From positions 2,793,234 to 2,857,233 of the forward strand of contig OY969099.1 in assembly GCA_963697875.1 (NCBI GenBank): a stretch of 64,000 nt of DNA. The letters are read 5' to 3'. Positions within the stretch are counted from its first letter, which is position 1; each line of letters begins with the position of its first letter. The notes below the pieces were generated by a model. It saw nothing but the letters and a program-made list of their open reading frames with translations. It ran no database searches and was not told where the DNA came from. Positions 55,588 to 64,000 of this stretch are shown piece after piece. Origin of the DNA: an uncultured Actinomycetes bacterium. GTDB lineage: Bacteria > Actinomycetota > UBA4738 > HRBIN12. The position numbers were made by a program, and so were the translations under genes.

Positions 55588-56690
55588 GCCAGCACCTCTC
55601 CGTACACCTGCTCGATCCGTCGGACGGCGACGCGGATGTCGAACTCGGCGGCACGCGCGCGGCCCGCCTCGCCGAGATGGGCGCGGAGCGCGGGGTCGTC
55701 CAGCAGCCGGACGATCGCGGCCGCGAGCGCCCGATCGTCGGCCGGCGGCACGACCAGTCCCTCACGGTCGTCCCGTACGACCTCGCCGAGCCCGCCGACG
55801 TCGGGCACCACCGCCGGCCGGCCGAGTGCGAGCGCCTCGATCAGCGCGATCGAGAGCCCCTCGTGCTCGGAGGACAACGCGAACACGTCGAACGCCGCGG
55901 CCAGCCGCTGCGCGTCCTGGCGGAACCCCAGGAACAGCACCGTCCCGTCGAGACCCATCCGTGTCGACATGTGCCGCAGCTCGTCCTCGAGCTGCCCAGA
56001 CCCGACGAGGAGGAACCGGACGTCGGGGTACTCGGCGCGGACGATCGTCGCCGCGTGGAGCAGCCGGTCGATGCGCTTGTGCTCCTTCAGGTTCGCGACG
56101 GTCCCGACGATCGGCGCGCCGGCCGGGATCGCGAGCTCCTCGCGGACCCCGTCGGCTTCGCCCTGCCCGCGGACGGCCTCCAGGTCGATCCCGTGGTAGC
56201 GCGTCTCGACCGGCGGCCTCGGCAGGGCCCGCAGCGCACCGGGGAGGACGATCGAGTCCCGGACGTGATCGGAGACGGCGAGCACACGGTCGCTCCGCCA
56301 AAAGGTGAGCGCGTTCGCCCAATACGTGGCCGGGTGGTAGCGCTCCCACACGTTGTGCTCGGTGTAGACGCGTCGCGGCCGGGCACCCCAGCAGGCGAGC
56401 CGCGCCCCGACCGCCGGCACCGGTGACTGCGCGTGGATCAGGTCGATCCGCTGCTCGCGGACGAGCGACCGCAGACGCGGCACCCACCCGATCCCACGCC
56501 CGCCCTGCAGGCAATGCACCGGTACGCCCTGGTCCGCGATCTCCTTCACGAAGGCGTCCTTCCACGGCAGGAGGTAGGCGACCTCGTAGTCGAATCGGGT
56601 CCGGTCGAGGTGCGGGATTGAGCTGGCGAGGATCTGCTCCGCTCCTCCCCGGCCGAGGCCCTTGATGAGGAGGAGGACTCGATGCCTCAT
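55584..56690 (-). CDS. glycosyltransferase family 4
   Basis: The start is MRHRVLLLIKGLGRGGAEQ (ATG 56690, overlapping the upstream stop as ATGA). ...FALSSEHEGLSIALIEALALGRPAVVPDVGGLGEVV... is the EX7E region. Confidence 0.8.
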   Translation of the reverse strand: MRHRVLLLIKGLGRGGAEQILASSIPHLDRTRFDYEVAYLLPWKDAFVKEIADQGVPVHCLQGGRGIGWVPRLRSLVREQRIDLIHAQSPVPAVGARLACWGARPRRVYTEHNVWERYHPATYWANALTFWRSDRVLAVSDHVRDSIVLPGALRALPRPPVETRYHGIDLEAVRGQGEADGVREELAIPAGAPIVGTVANLKEHKRIDRLLHAATIVRAEYPDVRFLLVGSGQLEDELRHMSTRMGLDGTVLFLGFRQDAQRLAAAFDVFALSSEHEGLSIALIEALALGRPAVVPDVGGLGEVVRDDREGLVVPPADDRALAAAIVRLLDDPALRAHLGEAGRARAAEFDIRVAVRRIEQVYGEVLA

Positions 56691-57793
56691 CGTCCCGCGG
56701 CGACCTCCTCGTAGACCGCCAGGTACCGGGCGGCGATCGCCCTGATGTCGAACGCGCTCGCGTGCGCCGGCGCCTCGGCACGGATCCGCGCCACGAGGTC
56801 CCGGTCGTCGAGCAGTCGGCCGGCGGCATCGGTGAGCGCGTCGACGTCGCCGTGCGTCACGAGCAGGCCGCTTCGACACGGGCAGACGACCTCCCCGATC
56901 CCGGCCACGTCGTAGCCGGCAAGGGGGAGTCCGAGCATGGCCGCTTCGATAGCTACGGCCGGCATCCCCTCCATCCCGTCCGGCCGGCTCGCGAACAGCA
57001 GGACGTCGCTCGCCGCGATCAGGTCGCCGACGTCCCGGCGTGATCCGAGGATCCGCGTCACCTGCGGATCGGCCGAGATGAGCACCTCGCCACGCTTCGG
57101 CCCGTCGCCGGCCATCAGATGGACCAGGCCGGGTCGCGTCGCCGCCAACCGCCGCGCGACCTCCACGTGAACCAGCGGATCCTTCTCCCAGCTCAGCGCG
57201 CCGATCGAGAGCACGACCGGGACCTCCGGATCGATCCCGAGCGCCGAACGGACCTCCTCCCGGGAGCGCCGCGGCGCGATCCGAGCGCGATCCACGCCGT
57301 TCGGAATCGTGACGACCTTCTCCGGCTCCAGCCCGAACTCCTCGATCGTCTCCTCGCGGAGCCGGTCGGCGACGGCGACGACCCGTGCGGCGCGTCGCAT
57401 CACCCTCCTGTAGAGGCCGCGGAGAACTCGGCTGCCGAGCTGCGGAGGTGATCCGCCTATCCGCCGATAAACGATCCGCGTTCCTCGTGAAGCTATCGAG
57501 GAGTACTTCAGGGCTTCACCCCCGTGCGCCTGGATCACGTCTGGCTCGAGCTCGGCCACGAGCGACCGAAGCCGAACCCCGGGGGTCTGAAGTGCCGCAC
57601 GCGACACCTTCGCCGGCATCACCTGGTGGGTGGGCGCTTCGAACGAGAGCTCCTGTGGACCCGATCGGAGAATAGCGACCGCCTGCTGTCCTCCGCCCCG
57701 CGCGATCTCGCCGACCAGGTCGGCCGCGAATACCTCGGCGCCGCGACGTCGTCCCGACGCTACGACGTGGAGCACGCGCCCCTGATCATTCAT
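56687..57793 (-). CDS. glycosyltransferase family 4
   Basis: MNDQGRVLHVVASGRRRGAEV... and ...LFASRPDGMEGMPAVAIEAAMLGLPLAGYDVAGIGEVV... are GT4 patterns. Confidence 0.8.
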   Translation of the reverse strand: MNDQGRVLHVVASGRRRGAEVFAADLVGEIARGGGQQAVAILRSGPQELSFEAPTHQVMPAKVSRAALQTPGVRLRSLVAELEPDVIQAHGGEALKYSSIASRGTRIVYRRIGGSPPQLGSRVLRGLYRRVMRRAARVVAVADRLREETIEEFGLEPEKVVTIPNGVDRARIAPRRSREEVRSALGIDPEVPVVLSIGALSWEKDPLVHVEVARRLAATRPGLVHLMAGDGPKRGEVLISADPQVTRILGSRRDVGDLIAASDVLLFASRPDGMEGMPAVAIEAAMLGLPLAGYDVAGIGEVVCPCRSGLLVTHGDVDALTDAAGRLLDDRDLVARIRAEAPAHASAFDIRAIAARYLAVYEEVAAGR

Positions 57794-58937
57794 ATTGCGC
57801 GTGCTCTAGGTGTTCGCTATGCCGCGCGATAGCTTCATCGACCAACGCCTCGAATCGGCGCGTGACGGTCCCGGGGTCCAGCTCGTCGCGTCGGCTGTGC
57901 TCCATCGCGCGTGCCGAAAGTTCTTCATACCTCGACTCGTCATCCCAGACCTCTGCAAGGGCGCGGATCCACCCGTCGAGCGGCGCGCCCGGGTCGACCA
58001 GGACCCCTCCGCCGCCGACCGATTCCGGCAGCCCCCCCAAAGCGCTCGTGATGCTCGGGATCCCGTTGACTTGCGCCTCCGAGACGACCCGACACCAGGC
58101 TTCCTCATCCATGCTCGGGACCAAGACCAACCGGCAGTCCCCGTACAGCTCCCCGGGATCGCTCGTCGCCGGGCGAACCTCCATGTTGCCGAGAGCGCGT
58201 GCCCGCTCGCGCACGTCACGGAGCGCGCCTCGCCTCATCCGCCAGCTCAGCCGGATCACGAACGGGATGTCGCGCCGCGCCGACGCGATACCGAAGGCGA
58301 TCTCGATCCCCTTCCGCGGGGTCGGGTTCACGAACAACACCTTCTCGCGTCGAGTTTGAACCTCGTACGTGGACCTGGGGAAGAGAGATGGGAGGAACGT
58401 CGCCTCACGCCCAGCGAGATGGACACATCGCGCTGTGAAGGAAGAGTTCGCGATCACGACATCGGCGTGGATCGTCGATCCGGCCGCTTCGGCAGATCTA
58501 GCGTCCCTCACGTAAAGGATGCTGGGGCGATCGGTCGTCGCGTTGAGGCAGGCTCGCGCGAATCGAGGATCTCCACAGGTCACGACCACGACGTCGGCCG
58601 CAGTCTCGCTGGCAACGGCCCCGACCGCCGCAACCGGGTCGTGCACACGCCTCGTCGGGTATCCGAGCGACAGGTCGAGGCGAGGAGCAAGACGGCGGCC
58701 GAGGCCGTCAGCCGCCCAGGCCAGCGAACCAGCAAGCGATCTCCTTGGGAGGCGTGTCAAGACGGACACCTCGTCCCCTGCTGCTTGGAGACAAGCCGCG
58801 AGATGGTGGGTACTGACCTCCGACCCGCCCACGTAGGGCAGATGGTTCTTGCCGACGAACAGCACGCGACGCGCAGGTAGCTCAGCGCGCCGACGCGTCT
58901 CGACGTCTGAGATCGCGGAACGACGGGCCGTCATCAT
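57786..58937 (-). CDS. glycosyltransferase family 4
   Basis: VLFVGKNHLPYVGGSEV... and ...LVPSMDEEAWCRVVSEAQVNGIPSITSALGGLPESV... are GT4 patterns. The local GC is lower than in the core. Confidence 0.75.
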   Translation of the reverse strand: MMTARRSAISDVETRRRAELPARRVLFVGKNHLPYVGGSEVSTHHLAACLQAAGDEVSVLTRLPRRSLAGSLAWAADGLGRRLAPRLDLSLGYPTRRVHDPVAAVGAVASETAADVVVVTCGDPRFARACLNATTDRPSILYVRDARSAEAAGSTIHADVVIANSSFTARCVHLAGREATFLPSLFPRSTYEVQTRREKVLFVNPTPRKGIEIAFGIASARRDIPFVIRLSWRMRRGALRDVRERARALGNMEVRPATSDPGELYGDCRLVLVPSMDEEAWCRVVSEAQVNGIPSITSALGGLPESVGGGGVLVDPGAPLDGWIRALAEVWDDESRYEELSARAMEHSRRDELDPGTVTRRFEALVDEAIARHSEHLEHAQYE

Positions 58938-60067
58938 CGCCCCACCTCAGAGGTCGGCCTCTGCGAGAGCGCGTCGACCGCATCCTGCCAGATAACCGAC
59001 CACCTCAGATCTGCCACCGCATCCCGATTGGCGATACCCGCGTCAACGGCACGCGACCTGTCAGCCAGGTATCCGGTGACTGCTTGGGCGAACGGCTCCG
59101 GGTCGTCGCACACGCGGAGGCCCGTCGATCCGGCGATGCCGGCGGCCGCCCACGATGTGGCGACGACAGGACGTGAGGACGCCATCCCCTCGACCACCTT
59201 GATCTTCGTGCCCCCGCCGCCGAACAAAGGAGCCACGACGACCGTTGCTGCCTCGTACTCGGGCACGAGAGAACGAACGAACCCGGAGTACGACACAGAG
59301 TTGTCGCCTCGTCCGTTCCACCCTGGACCGACGACGCGGAGCCGAGCGCCGGGAACGCGCTCCCGAACCGTCGGCCAGACCATGTTCACGAACCAGTCCA
59401 GACCGGACCGGTTCGCCGCGTAGTTCCCGGGACCGACGAAGAGACAGACGGATGCGCCGTTGGACGGCGGGCTGACCGACCACAACTCGTCGGTGGCACC
59501 GTTCGGGATCGTCCGCGCGGTGAGGTTCGGTAGGGACCTGGTGAGCCGCAAGCGCTCTTCCTCCGATACGAACCAGGCCTCGTCACATCGACGGAGGACG
59601 CGCTGCTGCCAACGCGCGTACTTCATGGCCGACAGCCGTGTCGAAACCCGAGCGATCCACGGGGTGCTCAAAGCTGCAAGCGACCCCAACCGTGCGGCGT
59701 CGTCGTCGTGGAGGACCACGATCCGTCGCGAAGTGTCGAGCCTCAGCGCTGCCGGCCAGACCGCGGTGGTCTCCGCCTGGACGACGTCGTACGTTCCCCG
59801 AAGGTCTCCGCGGGCTCGATCGACGTTCCATGCGAGCGGGGGGTCCGCGGATAGGTGGCAGCGCACCGGATGCGGTCGAACCTCGATGTCGACATAGCCA
59901 TCTAGCAGCGATGCCTCTTCCTGGGTCAGGGGGTGCTCGTGCCTCCGTCGGAAGTGGTACACGTCGACCTCGAAACCGGCACCCTTGTAGTAGCGGAGCA
60001 TGGCGGTCACGCGCGTTGCGAACCCCGTCCCCCGAAGCGACCGGGCGACGACAATCGCGACCCTCAC
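58934..60067 (-). CDS. glycosyltransferase family 4
   Basis: ...VVAPLFGGGGTKIKVVEGMASSRPVVATSWAAAGI... is a GT4 C-terminal domain. Confidence 0.7.
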   Translation of the reverse strand: MRVAIVVARSLRGTGFATRVTAMLRYYKGAGFEVDVYHFRRRHEHPLTQEEASLLDGYVDIEVRPHPVRCHLSADPPLAWNVDRARGDLRGTYDVVQAETTAVWPAALRLDTSRRIVVLHDDDAARLGSLAALSTPWIARVSTRLSAMKYARWQQRVLRRCDEAWFVSEEERLRLTRSLPNLTARTIPNGATDELWSVSPPSNGASVCLFVGPGNYAANRSGLDWFVNMVWPTVRERVPGARLRVVGPGWNGRGDNSVSYSGFVRSLVPEYEAATVVVAPLFGGGGTKIKVVEGMASSRPVVATSWAAAGIAGSTGLRVCDDPEPFAQAVTGYLADRSRAVDAGIANRDAVADLRWSVIWQDAVDALSQRPTSEVGR

Positions 60068-61047
60068 GTTGTGACCAACGCTCTCGTCAGGTGCTTCTTC
60101 GCCCGGCTAGCCCGTACGTGGATACCCCGCATGGCCACCCTCGTTGCTCCCCGTACACGGGTAGTTGCAGGAAGCGTCGGAAGACCGCGCTCGTACCCAA
60201 GCTCCGTCAGCAGCGACCCGGCGACCGACTCGAACACCTCCAGGTCGCTTCTGGTCATCTGCTCGCGCCAGTCCCTGGTCGAACGTTGCGGAGGCAACAA
60301 CGCGTTCATGTGGAAGCGCTCGAGGTCACTGGGAACCTCCAGCCGGTCGCGCGCGGTTCGGTGGTACTCAAGCATCGACGGAACGAACTCCAGCCCGAGG
60401 AAGGCGCATACATCGCGCAGCTTCCCCGGCGGGTCATCGACCAGATCCTCGTAACGAAGCTCGAGGTAGCGACTGGACCCGAGTGCCGCTCCCGCACGTA
60501 ATCCTGCGCTCACCCACTCGCGCCACCTCCACGATGCTTCCCAGATCCCTCCCTTGAAGGAGCGCATCTCCAGGTAGGAGAGCGCAACGTTGCGCCCATC
60601 CCTGATCAGGTGGACGAATCGCGCCCTCGGGAAGAGCACGGCCAAGTGACGCATCGACAACACATAGATCGGCGTCTTGTCTCCCCACCGTGGCTTGCCG
60701 TGAAGCGTCGCGTACGCTCTGAACGGCGCTGCGACCACGTCCGCGAACCCGACGTCGGGGCGCGACGGGGCTGCCTCCCGAATTGCCTCAGCCGGCACGC
60801 CCCAGGTCGCGAGGTTCGGGTCCGAAACGACGTCTTCCAGAAGCCGGTCCGGATGGAAGAACCCCTCCGACCAGTACCGGCGGCGCCCATCCCAGAGACT
60901 GCGGATGAAGTTGGACTCCCCAGGGATGGCGAGCTCGGGATGCGAGTCGAGCATCAGGCGAAGGAGGGTCGTGCCAGATCTCCCGCACCCGACCACGAAT
61001 ACTGGATCGTTCTCGACCGGGGGCCGCCCTTCCGTCAACACGCCCAC
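60064..61047 (-). CDS. sulfotransferase-family protein (PAPS-dependent; Stf0-like carbohydrate sulfotransferase)
   Basis: VFVVGCGRSGTTLL is the 5'-PSB P-loop motif. ...HLIRDGRNVALS... is 3'-PB-like (RDxR). Confidence 0.7.
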   Translation of the reverse strand: MGVLTEGRPPVENDPVFVVGCGRSGTTLLRLMLDSHPELAIPGESNFIRSLWDGRRRYWSEGFFHPDRLLEDVVSDPNLATWGVPAEAIREAAPSRPDVGFADVVAAPFRAYATLHGKPRWGDKTPIYVLSMRHLAVLFPRARFVHLIRDGRNVALSYLEMRSFKGGIWEASWRWREWVSAGLRAGAALGSSRYLELRYEDLVDDPPGKLRDVCAFLGLEFVPSMLEYHRTARDRLEVPSDLERFHMNALLPPQRSTRDWREQMTRSDLEVFESVAGSLLTELGYERGLPTLPATTRVRGATRVAMRGIHVRASRAKKHLTRALVTT

Positions 61048-62168
61048 CCCACATCGCTCGGTGCCGACGCCTCGAGCAGTCGCTCGTAGAACCTAAGCAG
61101 CTGCGGCATGACAACTCCGATGTCGAACGCGCGCATCGCCTCTCGACCTGCTGTGCCCAGTGAGCGACGGAGGTCAACGTCATCGACGAGCGCACGAAGA
61201 TGCACCGCCGCGACATCGGGTCGATGGACCGGGAAAGTGAGTGCCCCCGGCACTCGCCCAGTTAGTTCTCGCAACCCAGGAATATCGGCAGACACGACCG
61301 GCAGTGCTAGAGCCATGCCCTCCATGGCGACGCGACACCAACTCTCCTGAAGCGACGGGATGAGCAGGACGTCCATCTCTCGATAGGCCGTTTCGACGTC
61401 GTCGACGACACCGCGCCACTCGATTCGATCACGGAGGCCGGCCGCGACAAGTCGATCAATGCATGAACGGACGTATGCAGAGGACGAGTCTGGTTTCACG
61501 CCGAAGATGACCCATTCGACATTGTCGTCTGCCATCTGCCGCGCCACATCGACCACAATGTGGAGTCCCTTTCGCCTCGAACCTGAACCGACAAAGCCAA
61601 TCCGCATCGGTAGATCATTCCGGGGGAGGACTGAATGCGACGGGACTTCGATGGGGTTCGGCAGGATCTCTTCAGTCATGGGACCAAGGCCGGCATCGAC
61701 AAGAACCGCTTTCGCTCGCGTTGAGACGGGGTGGAGTTCCAAGCGAACGCCGAGTTGCATCCAGAGCTTCGCTAGAACTCGAGCGCGATAGCCAATCTCA
61801 GAGCCGTGGAAGTGAACGAGGACAGGAATCGACCTCCTCAACGCGATTGGTGCGATGAGGTTCAGTGCGGACAGTCCGTTCGCATGGATCACGTCGGGGA
61901 CGCAGCCACGAGCAATGTAGCCTGACAGCGCACGACTCCCTTTGAGCCAAGATCTCACTCGCGACCTCTGCAGAGGCAGTTGAAGCGACCCGACTTGAGG
62001 CAGCTCTTCAACCGATGTAAGGATGACGCCGCCTGCTGCAGCGACGTCAAGTTCGCACACATTCGCTACCTGGGAAGCAAAAGCCGCCATCGTTCGGTCG
62101 GGCCCGCGTAATCCTCCAAGCGGGTGGACCATCAGAACACGCACGGTCAGTCGGAACCCGCAACCCAC
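61035..62168 (-). CDS. glycosyltransferase family 4
   Basis: ...VLVHFHGSEIG... and ...LLIPSLQESWCRVAMEGMALALPVVSADIPGLRELT... are GT4 patterns. GC is markedly lower here. Confidence 0.75.
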   Translation of the reverse strand: MGCGFRLTVRVLMVHPLGGLRGPDRTMAAFASQVANVCELDVAAAGGVILTSVEELPQVGSLQLPLQRSRVRSWLKGSRALSGYIARGCVPDVIHANGLSALNLIAPIALRRSIPVLVHFHGSEIGYRARVLAKLWMQLGVRLELHPVSTRAKAVLVDAGLGPMTEEILPNPIEVPSHSVLPRNDLPMRIGFVGSGSRRKGLHIVVDVARQMADDNVEWVIFGVKPDSSSAYVRSCIDRLVAAGLRDRIEWRGVVDDVETAYREMDVLLIPSLQESWCRVAMEGMALALPVVSADIPGLRELTGRVPGALTFPVHRPDVAAVHLRALVDDVDLRRSLGTAGREAMRAFDIGVVMPQLLRFYERLLEASAPSDVGWAC

Positions 62169-62422
62169 GATGTTGGTGTCTTCTCGTTTGAACGTAGGTC
62201 CGTCCAGGCTCCTTCGAACACGACGGGTCCCAGTTCGGCTCCAATCGCATCCAGGTGGGCAGCCTCGAAAGCGACGGAGCGATCCAATTTCCCGGGGTCG
62301 ACGATCGCGCCCTCGACCGACAATGCGCAGATCACGGGGAAGTACGCACCCGGCCGCAGAGAGAGATTCTCAATCCGCCAACGCACCATTCGAGCATGCA
62401 TTCGGCTTTCGATCGGCTTCAT
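62147..62422 (-). CDS. small hypothetical ORF (91 aa) coupled to the upstream hydrolase gene
   Basis: The start overlaps the hydrolase stop. No motif is recognised. Confidence 0.25.
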   Translation of the reverse strand: MKPIESRMHARMVRWRIENLSLRPGAYFPVICALSVEGAIVDPGKLDRSVAFEAAHLDAIGAELGPVVFEGAWTDLRSNEKTPTSWVAGSD

Positions 62423-63363
62423 GCGCCATCCCAGTTCAGTCGACCGACCCAGTCGCGTACCAGTTCCAAGACCGTGTCCTGGGACTCCATCGTTCCGAAA
62501 CCGTGGATAGATCCACCGACGCGCCTGAGCTCCACTCTGGCTGAAGGAAGCGAGAGAGAGGACTCGAACAGAGGCTGAGCGCGCAGGTAGTCATCAAACA
62601 GATCGTCCTGCTCCCCATACACAATCAGCGTCGGCACGCCGCGCTCCGCGAGCCACTTGAGGGACCCCAGGAACGAATTGCTGACAGGGCCTACACCGTG
62701 AGCTACGGACTCCTGTTTCGAGTGTTGGAGCCGGTCCATCTTCGAGGCAAAGATCTTCCTGTAGGTGGTTCGACGATTGGGTGACAGGAATCCTCGGATT
62801 ACGCGAGGTTTCGCCGCTCGCCACAGAAGCTGGTTCACCGGTAGCTCCGCCATCCTGGTCGAAACGCGCTGGCCCATCTCGAAGTCGCGAACGGGCGGGC
62901 ACAGAAGGACAAGTCCAGCCAGGTGTTCCACCGCTGGAGCTGCTGACAGAGCTGTCCGCGCTCCGAAGCAGCTGCCGATGAGGAGCACCTCGTCCAGGCC
63001 AAGCGTCTCAAGGTGATGTATGGCCCCGAGCAGATCTTTGGTGAACGGCTCTGCGAGGTCGAATCGGTCAAGTTCACCGGTACTCTCCCCGACGCCGTGG
63101 TAATCGAACCGGAAGGCCGCCAGGCCTCTTTCCGCCGATCCCCTGCTAAGCCGAACCCATATGTCGTTGACACTCGTCGATAGCGGAGTGCCGCCGCTTG
63201 ACAAGCTGACGACCACGCCTCGGGGAACGGGTCGATCACCTTTCCCTTCGGAGAGAAGACCAAAGAGCCTCTCCTGACCGGCTTCGAAGTACATCGGGGT
63301 TTCCCGAACGGAGAGCATCCCTATTCCTTGTGAGAGAGGCGTCGGAGGCCGCCCAAGATCCAA
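62419..63363 (-). CDS. alpha/beta-hydrolase fold protein
   Basis: FDYHGVGESTG is an HG-x-G-x-S oxyanion region. LLIGSCFGARTALSAA is the nucleophile elbow. Confidence 0.65.
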   Translation of the reverse strand: MDLGRPPTPLSQGIGMLSVRETPMYFEAGQERLFGLLSEGKGDRPVPRGVVVSLSSGGTPLSTSVNDIWVRLSRGSAERGLAAFRFDYHGVGESTGELDRFDLAEPFTKDLLGAIHHLETLGLDEVLLIGSCFGARTALSAAPAVEHLAGLVLLCPPVRDFEMGQRVSTRMAELPVNQLLWRAAKPRVIRGFLSPNRRTTYRKIFASKMDRLQHSKQESVAHGVGPVSNSFLGSLKWLAERGVPTLIVYGEQDDLFDDYLRAQPLFESSLSLPSARVELRRVGGSIHGFGTMESQDTVLELVRDWVGRLNWDGA

Positions 63364-64000
63364 TCAGCCGTCGCCTTCACGCATCCCGCCGTCAAACGAG
63401 TGTGGGCGTCTCGCTCCTCCTGTATGCCGCGCGACCACCACGAAACCTCTTCACCCAAGACGTCGAACTCGACCTGGAACCCCTTCTCGCCCCAAACCTC
63501 GGCGGCGGAGGCATAGTCCGGTCGGGCCTTGCCGCGGCCGAACTGCACGATCTTCAATGGCCGCGGTGTGTCGCCGAGGACCTCCGGCAGGGAGTGATCG
63601 AGACTCTGGAGGAGGACCCGCCGAACGGGGTATCCATGCACGTCGACGAGACCGCGCCTGTCTAGCTCGGTAGCCGCGTCGGACCCACTCGACCGGTCAC
63701 GCGTGTCGCCAGCGAGACTTGCGAACCGCAGAGCTCGCTTCGCCTCCAGCAAGTAGCTCTCTGACGTCATGACGGGCGACCACAGCACCAAGGGGGCTCG
63801 AGGATGCTCGGAGGCGACGGCGGCAGCCACGTAACCGCCAAGACGGCTTCCGACGAAGCACAGCTGCTTCGCGTTGAACCGCTCCCGCATCAGTTGGATG
63901 ACTGTGCAAGCGTCGTGGGTCATCGTGGCAAACGTCATCTGCTGGGGATCCCCCCAGCTATGTCCTATACCCCGGTAATGGAGGCGTGCGGTCGCGACAC
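63321..64000 (-). CDS. alpha/beta-hydrolase fold protein, paralog of the previous; partial, as the N-terminus lies beyond the window
   Basis: The frame is open to the window edge: ...LHYRGIGHSWGDPQQMTFATM...LCFVGSRLGGYVAAAVA... shows the same block order as the neighbouring hydrolase. Track ORF 63321..63938 begins at an internal Met. Confidence 0.6.
   Translation of the reverse strand, partial: VATARLHYRGIGHSWGDPQQMTFATMTHDACTVIQLMRERFNAKQLCFVGSRLGGYVAAAVASEHPRAPLVLWSPVMTSESYLLEAKRALRFASLAGDTRDRSSGSDAATELDRRGLVDVHGYPVRRVLLQSLDHSLPEVLGDTPRPLKIVQFGRGKARPDYASAAEVWGEKGFQVEFDVLGEEVSWWSRGIQEERDAHTRLTAGCVKATADWILGGLRRLSHKE

Overview
This is a high-GC (about 70%) stretch of an Actinomycetota-like chromosome, dense with genes, with no transposase, integrase, CRISPR array or rRNA.

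The left 44 kb is housekeeping:
- a partial sufB, a rhodanese and a sufT-like gene;
- a LuxR-type response regulator with a soluble REC-histidine kinase hybrid;
- gcvT set divergently against a lipoamide dehydrogenase, E1-alpha, E1-beta, E2 and lipB 2-oxo-acid dehydrogenase operon, plus a second E1-alpha/beta pair;
- a membrane-anchored four-PAS/GAF histidine kinase, an AI-2E transporter, lipA and mug;
- an RNase P RNA gene (rnpB) on the minus strand, then RNase HI, a zinc-ribbon protein and a radical-SAM photolyase-like gene;
- an SDR oxidoreductase, SURF1, a truncated haemoglobin, a hemolysin-III protein, cspA, a zinc-ribbon/cyclase/STAND-ATPase/TPR protein, a BNR protein, an MFS transporter and a sulfatase.

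The accessory-looking content includes:
- a divergent cassette of GTP cyclohydrolase II fused to a RibD reductase domain, opposite a translationally coupled MDR dehydrogenase, PTPS/QueD-like and GT4 operon;
- a pore-loop-like membrane protein with an acidic His-rich repeat protein;
- a truncated LtrA gene next to a tRNA 3'-end remnant;
- immediately after that remnant, a >20 kb, almost entirely minus-strand, translationally coupled glycan-assembly cluster that runs off the window. It contains an epimerase, a DegT aminotransferase, a WecA-like initiating transferase, a Wzy_C/O-antigen-ligase-like protein, a polytopic membrane protein, a NodB deacetylase, GNATs, seven GT4s, a sulfotransferase and two alpha/beta hydrolases.

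Inside this cluster sits an HprK-related kinase with a coupled small ORF, flanked by two paralogous Tat-signal Cys-rich secreted proteins. Its distal 6 kb has visibly lower GC. I regard this HprK-kinase and Tat-protein module within the Wzy_C-containing glycan cluster, and the GCHII-reductase/PTPS/GT4 cassette, as the most likely undescribed systems in the window.

Many long Arg/Pro-rich ORFs in the six-frame track are antisense or out-of-frame shadows and were rejected.
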